24,571 nucleotides of DNA, taken from positions 1 through 24,571 of the IMG/VR virus record IMGVR_UViG_3300020042_005007; one strand, written 5' to 3'. The stretch comes from a virus. Taxonomy: Duplodnaviria; Caudoviricetes. Each line of letters starts with the position of its first letter. Position 1 is the first letter of the stretch. Below are positions 8,443-17,000 of this stretch, piece after piece. Under the pieces are notes generated by a model. That model did no database searches. It saw only the letters and a program-made list of their open reading frames with translations, and was not told where the DNA came from. A program made the position numbers and the translations under genes.

Positions 8443-9471
8443 ATGTCACAGCCTAATCAACCCGGCGCATTTAATTATGCTGTAGCTAGTCGTGCCATAA
8501 ATATTCAAAAATTTACATCATCGGGCACTTGGGTTAAACCGCCAAACGCTACTATGGTCATTGTAGAACTTTGGGGTGGTGGTGGTGGTGGCGGTTCTGG
8601 TCGCAGAGCTGCTTCATTAACAAATAGAAGGGGCGGTGCGGGCGGTGCAGGCGGTGCTAGAAATAGACAAGAATTTTTAGCTTCAGATTTACCCGATATT
8701 GTCTCTGTAACTATTGGTGCGGAAGGTGTTGGTGGTGCTGCCGTGACCACAGATACCACAAATGGAAATAATGGAACTGCTGGGGGAAATACTATATTTG
8801 GCCCTAGCGCAACGATTGGATTATATTATTTAGCTGCTTATGGTGGCGGCAATGGTGGCGGGGGGGGTTCTGATGCCTCTGCTACTCAAGGTGGTAGTGG
8901 AGGCGGTGGTTCTGCTGGTGCTGGTGGTAATGGTGCTGTAACAAGCGCTGGTGCTTTGGGTGGTCATCCACGAAGTAATTTTTACGGCGCAGACTCGGTA
9001 GCGAGTTCTAACGTAAATAATATCTCTGGTGGCGGTGCTGGAGCTAGTGCAGCCTCAATAGGTTTTGCTGAATGGGGTGGTGGTGCTGGTGGTGCAACTT
9101 CGGCTACGGGGGTTGGTGCTGGTGGTGGTTCGTTGTATGGCGGTACTGGCGGTGGCGGTGGTGGAAGTTTGGATACTGGTAATGCAGAAGTTGTTGGCGG
9201 TGCTGGTGGTAGTAACCGATATGCAACTGGTGGCGGTGCTGCTGGTGGTGCGACTACTGGCGCAGCAGGAACTAATGGTTCATTACTTTTAAGTGGTTCT
9301 GGTGGCGGTGGAGGCGGTGGTGGTTCTGACCAATTGGCTGCTGGCGGTGCTGGTGGTGCTGGTGCATTTCCCGCTGGCGGTGGCGGTGGTGGTGCTGCTT
9401 GTGTAAACGGAGTCAATTCTGGTGCTGGCGGTACTGGCGGTGCTGGCTACGCAGTCATTTATACATTCTGA
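8443..9471 (+). CDS. Glycine-rich fibre/adhesin protein 2 (start revised from 8404 to 8443)
   Basis: [10 protein letters not shown]...[13 protein letters not shown]...[11 protein letters not shown]; clear paralogue of the Gly-rich part of 5324; ATG 1 nt after the upstream TAA. Confidence 0.75.
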   Translation: MSQPNQPGAFNYAVASRAINIQKFTSSGTWVKPPNATMVIVELWGGGGGGGSGRRAASLTNRRGGAGGAGGARNRQEFLASDLPDIVSVTIGAEGVGGAAVTTDTTNGNNGTAGGNTIFGPSATIGLYYLAAYGGGNGGGGGSDASATQGGSGGGGSAGAGGNGAVTSAGALGGHPRSNFYGADSVASSNVNNISGGGAGASAASIGFAEWGGGAGGATSATGVGAGGGSLYGGTGGGGGGSLDTGNAEVVGGAGGSNRYATGGGAAGGATTGAAGTNGSLLLSGSGGGGGGGGSDQLAAGGAGGAGAFPAGGGGGGAACVNGVNSGAGGTGGAGYAVIYTF

Positions 9472-9478
9472 GGTTGAT

Positions 9479-9712
9479 ATGAACAGATACGCAATTATTG
9501 AAGATGGCTTGGTGGTAAATGTTGTCATTGGACAACCCGAACTAGCACCCAATCAAATCCTAGTGGAATGTGAAAATGCAGGGCCAAGTTGGACTTACGC
9601 TGATGGTGTATTTACTGCACCTGTATATGTCGCACCTACTGTAGTAGCACCTACTAAAGAAGAACTGCTTGCACAACTGCAAGCAATCCAAGCGCAAATA
9701 CAGGCGTTATAA
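9479..9712 (+). CDS. Putative fibre assembly chaperone 3 (start revised from 9422 to 9479)
   Basis: MNRYAIIEDGLVVNVVI...AGPSWTYADGVFTAP...APTKEELLAQLQAIQAQIQAL; SD GAGG; full-length paralogue of 6488..6724. Confidence 0.75.
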   Translation: MNRYAIIEDGLVVNVVIGQPELAPNQILVECENAGPSWTYADGVFTAPVYVAPTVVAPTKEELLAQLQAIQAQIQAL

Positions 9713-9714
9713 CC

Positions 9715-9807
9715 ATGTGGGACTGGGCTGAAGCATTCATTGCGGCGGCCTGTATAGTGGCCTTCGTCATCTTTGGCACGTACATGATTGCATGGAGTTT
9801 GGTGTGA
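9715..9807 (+). CDS. 30 aa single-pass membrane peptide (not in ORF track)
   Basis: MWDWAEAFIAAACIVAFVIFGTYMIAWSLV; fills the gap between 9712 and 9811. Confidence 0.6.
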   Translation: MWDWAEAFIAAACIVAFVIFGTYMIAWSLV

Positions 9808-9810
9808 TAA

Positions 9811-10098
9811 ATGCGTTGGCTCATACTGTTACTGTTATTAGGACTGGTCGGAGCCGTAGCCAAGAGTGGTTGCCATGTGCGCGAGTTTTATGGGATAGCC
9901 TACACCGTCCACGATCCAACGCTACGGCACAAAGAAATGATGGCGTGGCTGGATCGGAACGCAGGCCATTGCAAGTCAACAGAATACATGGTGATCTGGA
10001 ACAACCTAGCAGAGTGGGCAGGTACAGCCGACTCCACATGGCTACGCAATAAAGTTGTTCATGGATACAAAGATGCACTTGAGCGTGAAAAGAAATGA
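9811..10098 (+). CDS. Small exported protein with a signal peptide (lysis-associated?)
   Basis: 95 aa; MRWLILLLLLGLVGAVA signal-like N-terminus; two Cys in the mature part. Confidence 0.6.
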   Translation: MRWLILLLLLGLVGAVAKSGCHVREFYGIAYTVHDPTLRHKEMMAWLDRNAGHCKSTEYMVIWNNLAEWAGTADSTWLRNKVVHGYKDALEREKK

Positions 10099-10334
10099 AG
10101 ATCAGCTACGACAAGTGGTATCCGATTGTCCAGCCCCAAGCCAATGTGCAAGCAGAAGTGTTTGCCAAGCGGGTAGAGAAGCTGGACGCTGAACGTGCGG
10201 TGCAAGTACAGGTAGACAAGCAGGTAAAGAAGTTTCACCAGTATGAGTATGAGATTTATGAATACAGGATGCGGCAGATTACGCTAAACATTGACATCAC
10301 AAACCTTAAACGCGAGATTGACAAACTTGTATGA
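10095..10334 (+). CDS. Hypothetical helical/coiled-coil protein
   Basis: 79 aa; ATGA overlaps at both ends. Confidence 0.6.
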   Translation: MKISYDKWYPIVQPQANVQAEVFAKRVEKLDAERAVQVQVDKQVKKFHQYEYEIYEYRMRQITLNIDITNLKREIDKLV

Positions 10335-10615
10335 CCAGAAAACCACCGCCCAGACCAGTCAGGAAACCTGCGCCGGACACCAAGGACAAGCTGACGCTGT
10401 GGGTCACACTCATGGTAAGCACGACTCTGTGCATCTCTGTATTGGCTATGGTAATCAGCTTCATGTTAGGTTTGTGGGCCAAGGAAGTGGACAACGCAGA
10501 AATTTTCAAAATGATTTCACCCGCTTTTTCTACTCTTATCGGCGGCATGATTGGGTTCCTGTCTGGTATCAAACTCATGCAAAATGATGACAAATCAAAA
10601 TCTTGTAAGGACTAA
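10331..10615 (+). CDS. Two-TM membrane protein, holin/antiholin candidate
   Basis: 94 aa; basic N-terminus, two hydrophobic segments, charged C-terminus; in the lysis block. Confidence 0.55.
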   Translation: MTRKPPPRPVRKPAPDTKDKLTLWVTLMVSTTLCISVLAMVISFMLGLWAKEVDNAEIFKMISPAFSTLIGGMIGFLSGIKLMQNDDKSKSCKD

Positions 10616-10617
10616 CT

Positions 10618-11112
10618 ATGTTTGATATTTTAAGTGGTGGTATTTTGGGTTCAGTCTTTGGTGGTCTGTTCCGTATGGCTCCCGAGGTGCTCAAGTTTTT
10701 TGACAAAAAGAACGAACGCCAACACGAACTATTAATGTTTTCTCGTCAGTGCGAATTAGAAACGCTGCGTGGTCAGCAAAAGTTAGCTGAGATTGGCGCA
10801 CAAAGAGAAGCGGCTGTGGACGTAGGTGTTATGGATGCGTTTCAGTCTGCCATAGAACAACAAGCTACAATGGTCAAAGCCGCTGGCGGTTGGGCCGCAG
10901 CTTTATCTGCATCAGTCAGGCCAGTCGTAACTTACTGGGTTTTGTTTGTGTGGAGCTTTATCCACGTATGGTTTGCATGGAACGCTTGGATTACTGGCGC
11001 TCCTCCCGTAGAAGTGTTCAAGATAATGATGTCACCTGACTTTTCGGCACTGTTGGCTGGAACAATCAACTTCTGGTTCCTTGATCGTACATTGGCTAAG
11101 CGTGGGCTATGA
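10618..11112 (+). CDS. Putative holin (3TM/GTA-holin-like)
   Basis: 164 aa; amphipathic N-terminus, helical linker, SVRPVVTY motif followed by TM segments and FWFLDR; overlaps the lysozyme start. Confidence 0.6.
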   Translation: MFDILSGGILGSVFGGLFRMAPEVLKFFDKKNERQHELLMFSRQCELETLRGQQKLAEIGAQREAAVDVGVMDAFQSAIEQQATMVKAAGGWAAALSASVRPVVTYWVLFVWSFIHVWFAWNAWITGAPPVEVFKIMMSPDFSALLAGTINFWFLDRTLAKRGL

Positions 11113-11552
11113 ACCTAGAACTAGCCGCAGAAATGTGCCGTCGGTTTGAGGGCTACCGCGCTAAGCCATACTTGTGTCCGGCAAATGTTGCCACGATTGG
11201 GTATGGCTCTACCTACTACGCAGACAAGCGCAAAGTAACTTTGGAAGACCCGCCGATGGATGAACCCACGGCGCGAGCGCTTTTGATGATTGAACTTGAG
11301 CATACGTATCTGCCCGGTGTTTTGCGTAACTGCCCCGGCTTGATTACAGACGTTCGCAAGTGCAACGCCATCGTGGATTTTGCCTACAATTTGGGCACCG
11401 GACGCTTGCAAACAAGCACATTAAAGAGGAAAATCAACGCCAATGATTGGGAAGGAGCAAAAGAACAACTGATGCTCTGGACTAAAGGTGGCGGCAAGGT
11501 ATTGCCGGGCTTGTTAAAACGCCGCACGGCTGAGTGCGCCTTACTGGATTAA
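11109..11552 (+). CDS. Endolysin, GH24 phage lysozyme
   Basis: FEG...YLCPANVATIGYG gives an E-x8-C-x5-T triad; also FAYNLG, STL...IN, and W...GGKVLPGL.KRR..E motifs. Confidence 0.93.
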   Translation: MNLELAAEMCRRFEGYRAKPYLCPANVATIGYGSTYYADKRKVTLEDPPMDEPTARALLMIELEHTYLPGVLRNCPGLITDVRKCNAIVDFAYNLGTGRLQTSTLKRKINANDWEGAKEQLMLWTKGGGKVLPGLLKRRTAECALLD

Positions 11553-11554
11553 AA

Positions 11555-13660
11555 ATGCCACTTTCCAAGATACTGTTTAAATCTGGGGTCAATCGGGAAA
11601 ATACCCGTTATGCCACAGAAGGGGGTTGGTATGACTCCGATAAAGTTCGGTTTCGCCAAGGAAGTGCTGAGAAAATTGGTGGCTGGATCCCGTTTTCAAG
11701 CAATGCTTTTGAATATGGCGTCTGCCGTGCGCTCTGGAGTTGGACTACTTTAGCCAATCAAAGTCTTGTAGGGGTTGGTACTAATTTAAAGTACTACATT
11801 AATAGGGGCGGGGCTTTTTATGATATTACCCCAATCCGCAGCACCGTTGTTTTAACCAATCCGTTTAGCGTAGCTGGTGTTGGAACATCCACTGTAAATG
11901 TGCTTGACGTAGACCACGGGTGTGCCCCTGATAGTTTTGTTACTTTCAGCGGTGCGGGCATTACAGGTCTTGGCGGAAACATTTCGGCGGCAAAATTAAA
12001 AGATGAGTTTCAAGTTACTGTAATTGATGACGACAACTACACCATCACGGTTGACGCGGTCAGCAATGCCAGTGACGTGTCCGGTTCGCCCGGAGGCGGC
12101 ACGGTTGTTACCCAATATCAAGTCAACGCAGGCCCCGCCTTTCAAGTGCCGTATAACGGTTGGAGCGCAGGAACATGGGGCGGCGGTACTTGGGGTGAAG
12201 GAGAGGCGGGGACTAATGCTTTGCAGTTGTGGAATCACAGAAACTTTGGCCAAGATTTAATCTACGGTGCACGTGGTCAGGGTGTCTACTATTGGAATGC
12301 CAGTAAAGAGTTATCCCCTATTCAAATTACCATTTCAATTGGCGCTCCCGGTGTGATCACAATGCCCAGTGGGTTTAGACTTCCAAATGGAACACTGGTT
12401 CAATTTGAGTCCACTGGCGCGTTGCCCACGGGCCTTGTTGTAGGCACAACCTATTTTGTACGTGACTCATCAGGCACTACGTTTAGTGTGGCGGCTACGA
12501 TTAGTGGTGTTGCAATTACCACCAGTGGGGGTCAATCGGGGCTGCAATTTATCTCTCAGCGCGGAGTGAGTATTTACGGCGTAGAGGATAGTAATACACC
12601 GATTGTCCACAACTATTTGTTGGTAACTGATGTTTCTCGGTTCGTGCTCCTTTTTGGAACAAACGATTTCCAAAGCACTGTTCTTGATCCCATGCTTATT
12701 CGCTGGAGTGATCAGGAGAGTCCCTTTGTTTGGGAACCGCTGGCCACGAACCAAGCGGGTAGTTTGCGCTTGTCATTGGGTTCAGAGATTGTTACTGCGG
12801 TGCAGACTCGTCAAGAGGTTGTAGTGATCACAGACCAAGCGGTGTATTCACTGCAGTATCTTGGCCCTCCGTTTGTATTTGGTGCACAGCCTTTGAGCGA
12901 CAACATTTCTATCATTGGACCTAACGCTGCGGTTGCTGCATCGGGTATTGTGTATTGGATGGGCGTGGATAAGTTCTATGCTTACGACGGACGGGTGCAA
13001 ACACTCAATTGTGATTTGCGCAGGTACATTTACAACGACATTAATTTAGAGCAGAACCAGCAAGTGTTTGCTGGGACCAACGAAGGCTTTAATGAAATCT
13101 GGTGGTATTACTGCTCTGAGGGGAGCACTGCAATTGACAAGTATGTGATTTATAACTATGAAGAAAAGTCTTGGTACTTTGGCACGTTAGCGCGGACCGC
13201 GTGGCTTGATGCAAGTTTGTTGAACAGTCCCGTAGCAGCCACATATAACAAAAAGCTTGTGTTGCATGAGGTGGGTGTAGATGACAATGAAACAGGAACG
13301 CCTGCAGCAATAACGGCGTATATTTCTTCATCAGAGTTTGACCTTGAGGATGGTCATAACTTTGCAGAAGTTTGGCGCATGTTGCCGGACTTAACGTTTG
13401 ATGGATCTACTGAAAACTCATCGCCTGAGCTACAGATTACTTTGTTTGGCTTGAGCAACTCTGGCTCTGGGGTTACGGCTCAGAAGAATGCAACGGTGGT
13501 CAAGGGCTCGACGTTTGTAGTTACTGAAGAGTTTACGGGGCAGATAAACACGCGCGTGCGCGGGAGACAGATGATCTTGAGGAGCGAGTCCACTAAGCTG
13601 GGAACGACATGGCAGTTAGGGGCTACACGACTGGACATCCGCAAAGACGGGAGACGCTAG
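11555..13660 (+). CDS. Tail nozzle / stabilisation protein (tail tubular B or P22 gp10-like); start revised from 11534 to 11555
   Basis: 701 aa, beta-rich and propeller-like (IRWSDQE, AGSLRL, YWMG...FY.YDG.V..L.C, EIWWYY, YVIYNY.E..WY.G.L.RTAW); lies just before the internal protein genes. Confidence 0.7.
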   Translation: MPLSKILFKSGVNRENTRYATEGGWYDSDKVRFRQGSAEKIGGWIPFSSNAFEYGVCRALWSWTTLANQSLVGVGTNLKYYINRGGAFYDITPIRSTVVLTNPFSVAGVGTSTVNVLDVDHGCAPDSFVTFSGAGITGLGGNISAAKLKDEFQVTVIDDDNYTITVDAVSNASDVSGSPGGGTVVTQYQVNAGPAFQVPYNGWSAGTWGGGTWGEGEAGTNALQLWNHRNFGQDLIYGARGQGVYYWNASKELSPIQITISIGAPGVITMPSGFRLPNGTLVQFESTGALPTGLVVGTTYFVRDSSGTTFSVAATISGVAITTSGGQSGLQFISQRGVSIYGVEDSNTPIVHNYLLVTDVSRFVLLFGTNDFQSTVLDPMLIRWSDQESPFVWEPLATNQAGSLRLSLGSEIVTAVQTRQEVVVITDQAVYSLQYLGPPFVFGAQPLSDNISIIGPNAAVAASGIVYWMGVDKFYAYDGRVQTLNCDLRRYIYNDINLEQNQQVFAGTNEGFNEIWWYYCSEGSTAIDKYVIYNYEEKSWYFGTLARTAWLDASLLNSPVAATYNKKLVLHEVGVDDNETGTPAAITAYISSSEFDLEDGHNFAEVWRMLPDLTFDGSTENSSPELQITLFGLSNSGSGVTAQKNATVVKGSTFVVTEEFTGQINTRVRGRQMILRSESTKLGTTWQLGATRLDIRKDGRR

Positions 13661-14050
13661 ATGGCGGAACTTAATGTTAGCCCACCTAACTTACCGTTGG
13701 CCCCTGAGGAATATGAGCGCAGATATCAGGATCAATTAAACAATATACTTCGTTTGTTTTTTGCTCAGCTTAATAATCCGGGGGACATGGGCGCGACTTC
13801 GTTAAATTTAAATCTAGCAACGCTGCCCACGGATGCTGATTTACCTGCTCTTCGTGTAGGCGATGTTTACAGAGACACACAGGATGGCGTTCAGGCGACA
13901 AGTCAGATGCTTCGGATTAAAGTTCCAGTTTTTTTATCGGGTGTACAAGGTACAGGATCGGTTGGATCAGTTGGGCCCGTTGGGGGCACAATAACTCTTG
14001 GCCTCACAGGTGTCAGTAGTACTGGCGCAGTAGGCACAGTTACTCCATAA
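13661..14050 (+). CDS. Small tail-associated protein with C-terminal LxGV repeats
   Basis: 129 aa; P.LP.AP.EY...Y..QL.N.LRLFF.QL N-terminus; ends LSGVQGTGSVG...LTGVSSTGAVGTV. Confidence 0.6.
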   Translation: MAELNVSPPNLPLAPEEYERRYQDQLNNILRLFFAQLNNPGDMGATSLNLNLATLPTDADLPALRVGDVYRDTQDGVQATSQMLRIKVPVFLSGVQGTGSVGSVGPVGGTITLGLTGVSSTGAVGTVTP

Positions 14051-14076
14051 TATAGGTATCAATCTAAGGAATTGTC

Positions 14077-17000
14077 ATGGCTACAGCAGCACCCCAAACC
14101 GCAATGGAAATGCCCCAAGAAGCAGGCGCAAATCCGTTTGCCGATCCTAATACGATGGCCGTCTATGACCAGATGCGTCAGACAATGTCGCCTAAAGAGT
14201 TTGGTGATGAGATGTTGGCGGGTGCCTCGCAGGTTGATCCTGAGGCCATGGCTCAATTTAGAAATGAATTGAGCCAAATTGATTTGTCGCCAGAAGAGCT
14301 TGACATGCTCAATAACATGGTGGATGAGATTCTGGCTACTCCTGAGCAGTATGCCGCGGTCCGCGCAAAGTATTTAGAGATGGGCGCACCGGAAGAGTTG
14401 TTGCCCGAGCAGTTTGACCCTCAGTTCTTTGCTGCCATGAACATGGCCGTGGATCAGTTGATTGCCGAGCCTTCTGGTGTTCAGGCGTTTGCCCAAGGCG
14501 GTATTGCCGAACTTAAACCTATTGCCAAGGTTATTGCCAGTTATGGCCGTAACGGTGACACCATGTTGGCGCACATTACACCTGCGGAGGCGCGCATGCT
14601 GCGCCGCCGTGGTGGCTCAGGCACTATCAACCCTGCTACGGGTTTACCCGAATTCTTTTTAAAGAAAGCTTTTAAGAGCCTTGGTAAAGCGGTTAAAAGC
14701 TTTGCAAACAGCACCATCGGTAAGATCGTATTACCCATAGCGCTTGGCTTTTTTTTAGGCCCTGCTGCAGCGGCTTTTGTTGGCGTGGGGGCTACAAGTG
14801 TGGCAGGTGTTGCTATTGCTGGTTTCGTGGGTGGCGCTGGTTCTACCTTGCTTGGTGGCGGTAATTTAAAAGATGCTTTGAAAGCCGGTGCAATTGGTGG
14901 TTTGACCGCTGGCGCTATTGCAGGAGTTTCTGGAGCTTCTCTTACAGGAACACCAAGCGGCTTAACTCCCGGACAAGCTCTTTCTGGTCAGGTGGATAAA
15001 TTCACCAATTTTGTAACTCCTTCAGCATCTGCCTCTGGTATTCCAGCGCCTGCTATTGATGCTTCAGGTAATGTAAAAGGCCTTGTGCCCACTGAGGCCC
15101 CTGTTTTCCAGTCGGGCCAAAACTTACCGTCCGCTCAGACTTTCCCTGTAGGCGATTTAATAAACCCTGCTGCCGGACCGTTGCCCGGGGATTTGTATAA
15201 CACCAATCCTGAAGCATTTTATACCTCTCCTCCAGCACCTGCTCCACTGCCCGGGCAGCCGGGTGGTGCCCAAATCGGTGGAAAACCCGCTATTCCTCCT
15301 GTTGGGGCTACTCAAGCTCCATACAAGGTTCCTACCATTGGCGAATCTTTTTCTAAAATGGGAGAAGGAATTGGCATGGGCGACGGCCCCGCTAGCTACA
15401 AAACATTTATGGAAGGGGCAGGTGATCTGTTCGCGCCCGGTCCAACCAATGCAGAGGTCACTGCACGGGCTGAAAACATTTTAGGTGCTGACAAAACAGG
15501 AAAAATGACCTATGCCGATGCCCTGAAAGCAGCAAAAACAGAAGGTCCCGGATTCCTGCGCACCTACGGTCCTGCTACCGTTGCAAGCCTTGGTGCAATT
15601 GGCTTGGCCGGTGGATTTAAAGCTACTGATGCTCAGCCTTCGGCAATGCGAGATGAGTTGATGAAGCCTGTAACCCAGCGTATTGCTGAAGGTGGAAATC
15701 AACGTAATTTCTATATACAGGGTTTACCCGGAGTTAAATACGACCAATATGGCGCGCCTATTTTTGGCCAAAACGTACCTTTGCCTACCTTTGATACGGG
15801 ATTAGGAATTGAATCTTTGATAAATCTTAAAGGCTACGCTGCCGGCGGTGCTGTTACTGCTGCTAACTTTGATTCAACAGCGTACCTAAATGCCAATCAA
15901 GATGTTAAAGATGCAATAGCCAGAGGTGAGTTTGCAAATGCCTATGAACACTATACAAAATTTGGACAAGCAGAAGGACGTACCGCTTTTGACAAAGCAG
16001 AAACCGCTGCTGCAGCAGCTAAGGATGCTGCAGAAAAAGAAGCGGCTCAAGCGGCAAATCGTAAAGCTGTAGCCGACGCAGAAGCTGCACGGAAGGCCGC
16101 AGGTTTTGGAAATGCTTATCAAAATATTAATGCAGGTTTGTCTTACGACGTTCCAGCAGGTATTGCAGCCACTTCCATAGCTGCTCGCCAAGCTGCGTTC
16201 AAGCCAACAATAGACAAGTTTACGCAAGCACAAACTGCAAATGCTGCAATACTAGCCCAGCCGTATACACCTATAGTTGTAGATCAGCCCTACAACAACG
16301 CAAGTGGCTATGGCAATATTATTAACGAACCTGTTTTGCCCCCTGTTAATTATGACACGACACCTGTTACACCGGGCCCTGACATAAAGCCTCCCGTCAA
16401 ACAACCCCCTGTAAATACCGGCTACACAGGCCGCGCGATCACTGATCAGGAAGTCATGGATTGGTTAAAGGCCAATCGAAATGCAACTGATCGTGACGTT
16501 GTTAAAATTATGGATCAATACAATGTGCGCCCTGAGCAAGTCGCACGGGTCACGGGCATGCAAAGCGTTGACCCCAGTTCTTTTCAAAATATTAATTTCC
16601 GTTATGCGGATGCTAAATCGGCACTTCAAGGCAATCCAAATTCTCTTGCACGTCAAAACCAAGCAGATGCTGTAACAGGGAAAAGTATCCGTGACTATTT
16701 TGCTAAAAACCCCGGTATGGGAGATGAGCAAGTTGCTAATTACATGGATAAAAATATGATTGATCCTGCTCAACTGGAACAAGCATTTGCCGGCATGCCC
16801 GGTGCAATTTCTGCCTCAGACGTTTTAAAACGTTATAACGCAGCTATTACGGGTCCAACAAGAAAAGTTTTTGCCACAGATTCTTTGCCTACTCCTCCTG
16901 CGGCCGCTCCTGTTGAGAAGAAGCTTATGAACATGGGTGGTATTGCCTCTTTAGGCGCGGGCGGTTATCCTAGGAAAACTGGTCAAATCAACGGCCCGGG

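Noticed and set aside
8575-8595. (GGT)n microsatellite as a phase-variation tract
   Set aside because: It is a short in-frame trinucleotide run explained by poly-Gly coding.
5554-9416. Pro-rich minus-strand ORFs (5554..5817, 5908..6450, 8505..8759, 8982..9416)
   Set aside because: They are antisense shadows of GGN-rich glycine codons in the + strand fibre genes.
5324-9471. Possible diversity-generating retroelement TR/VR pair among the fibre paralogues
   Set aside because: The differences are mostly synonymous and not adenine-specific, both copies are coding, and no reverse transcriptase is in the window.
9811-9873. Lipoprotein (o-spanin) call from AKSGC
   Set aside because: Lys at -3 does not fit the lipobox consensus; an AVA signal peptidase I site fits better.
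7890-11554. Track start sites 7890, 8404, 9422 and 11534
   Set aside because: They overlap upstream genes; the downstream ATGs at 7959, 8443, 9479 and 11555 fit SD position, spacing and paralogue N-termini better.
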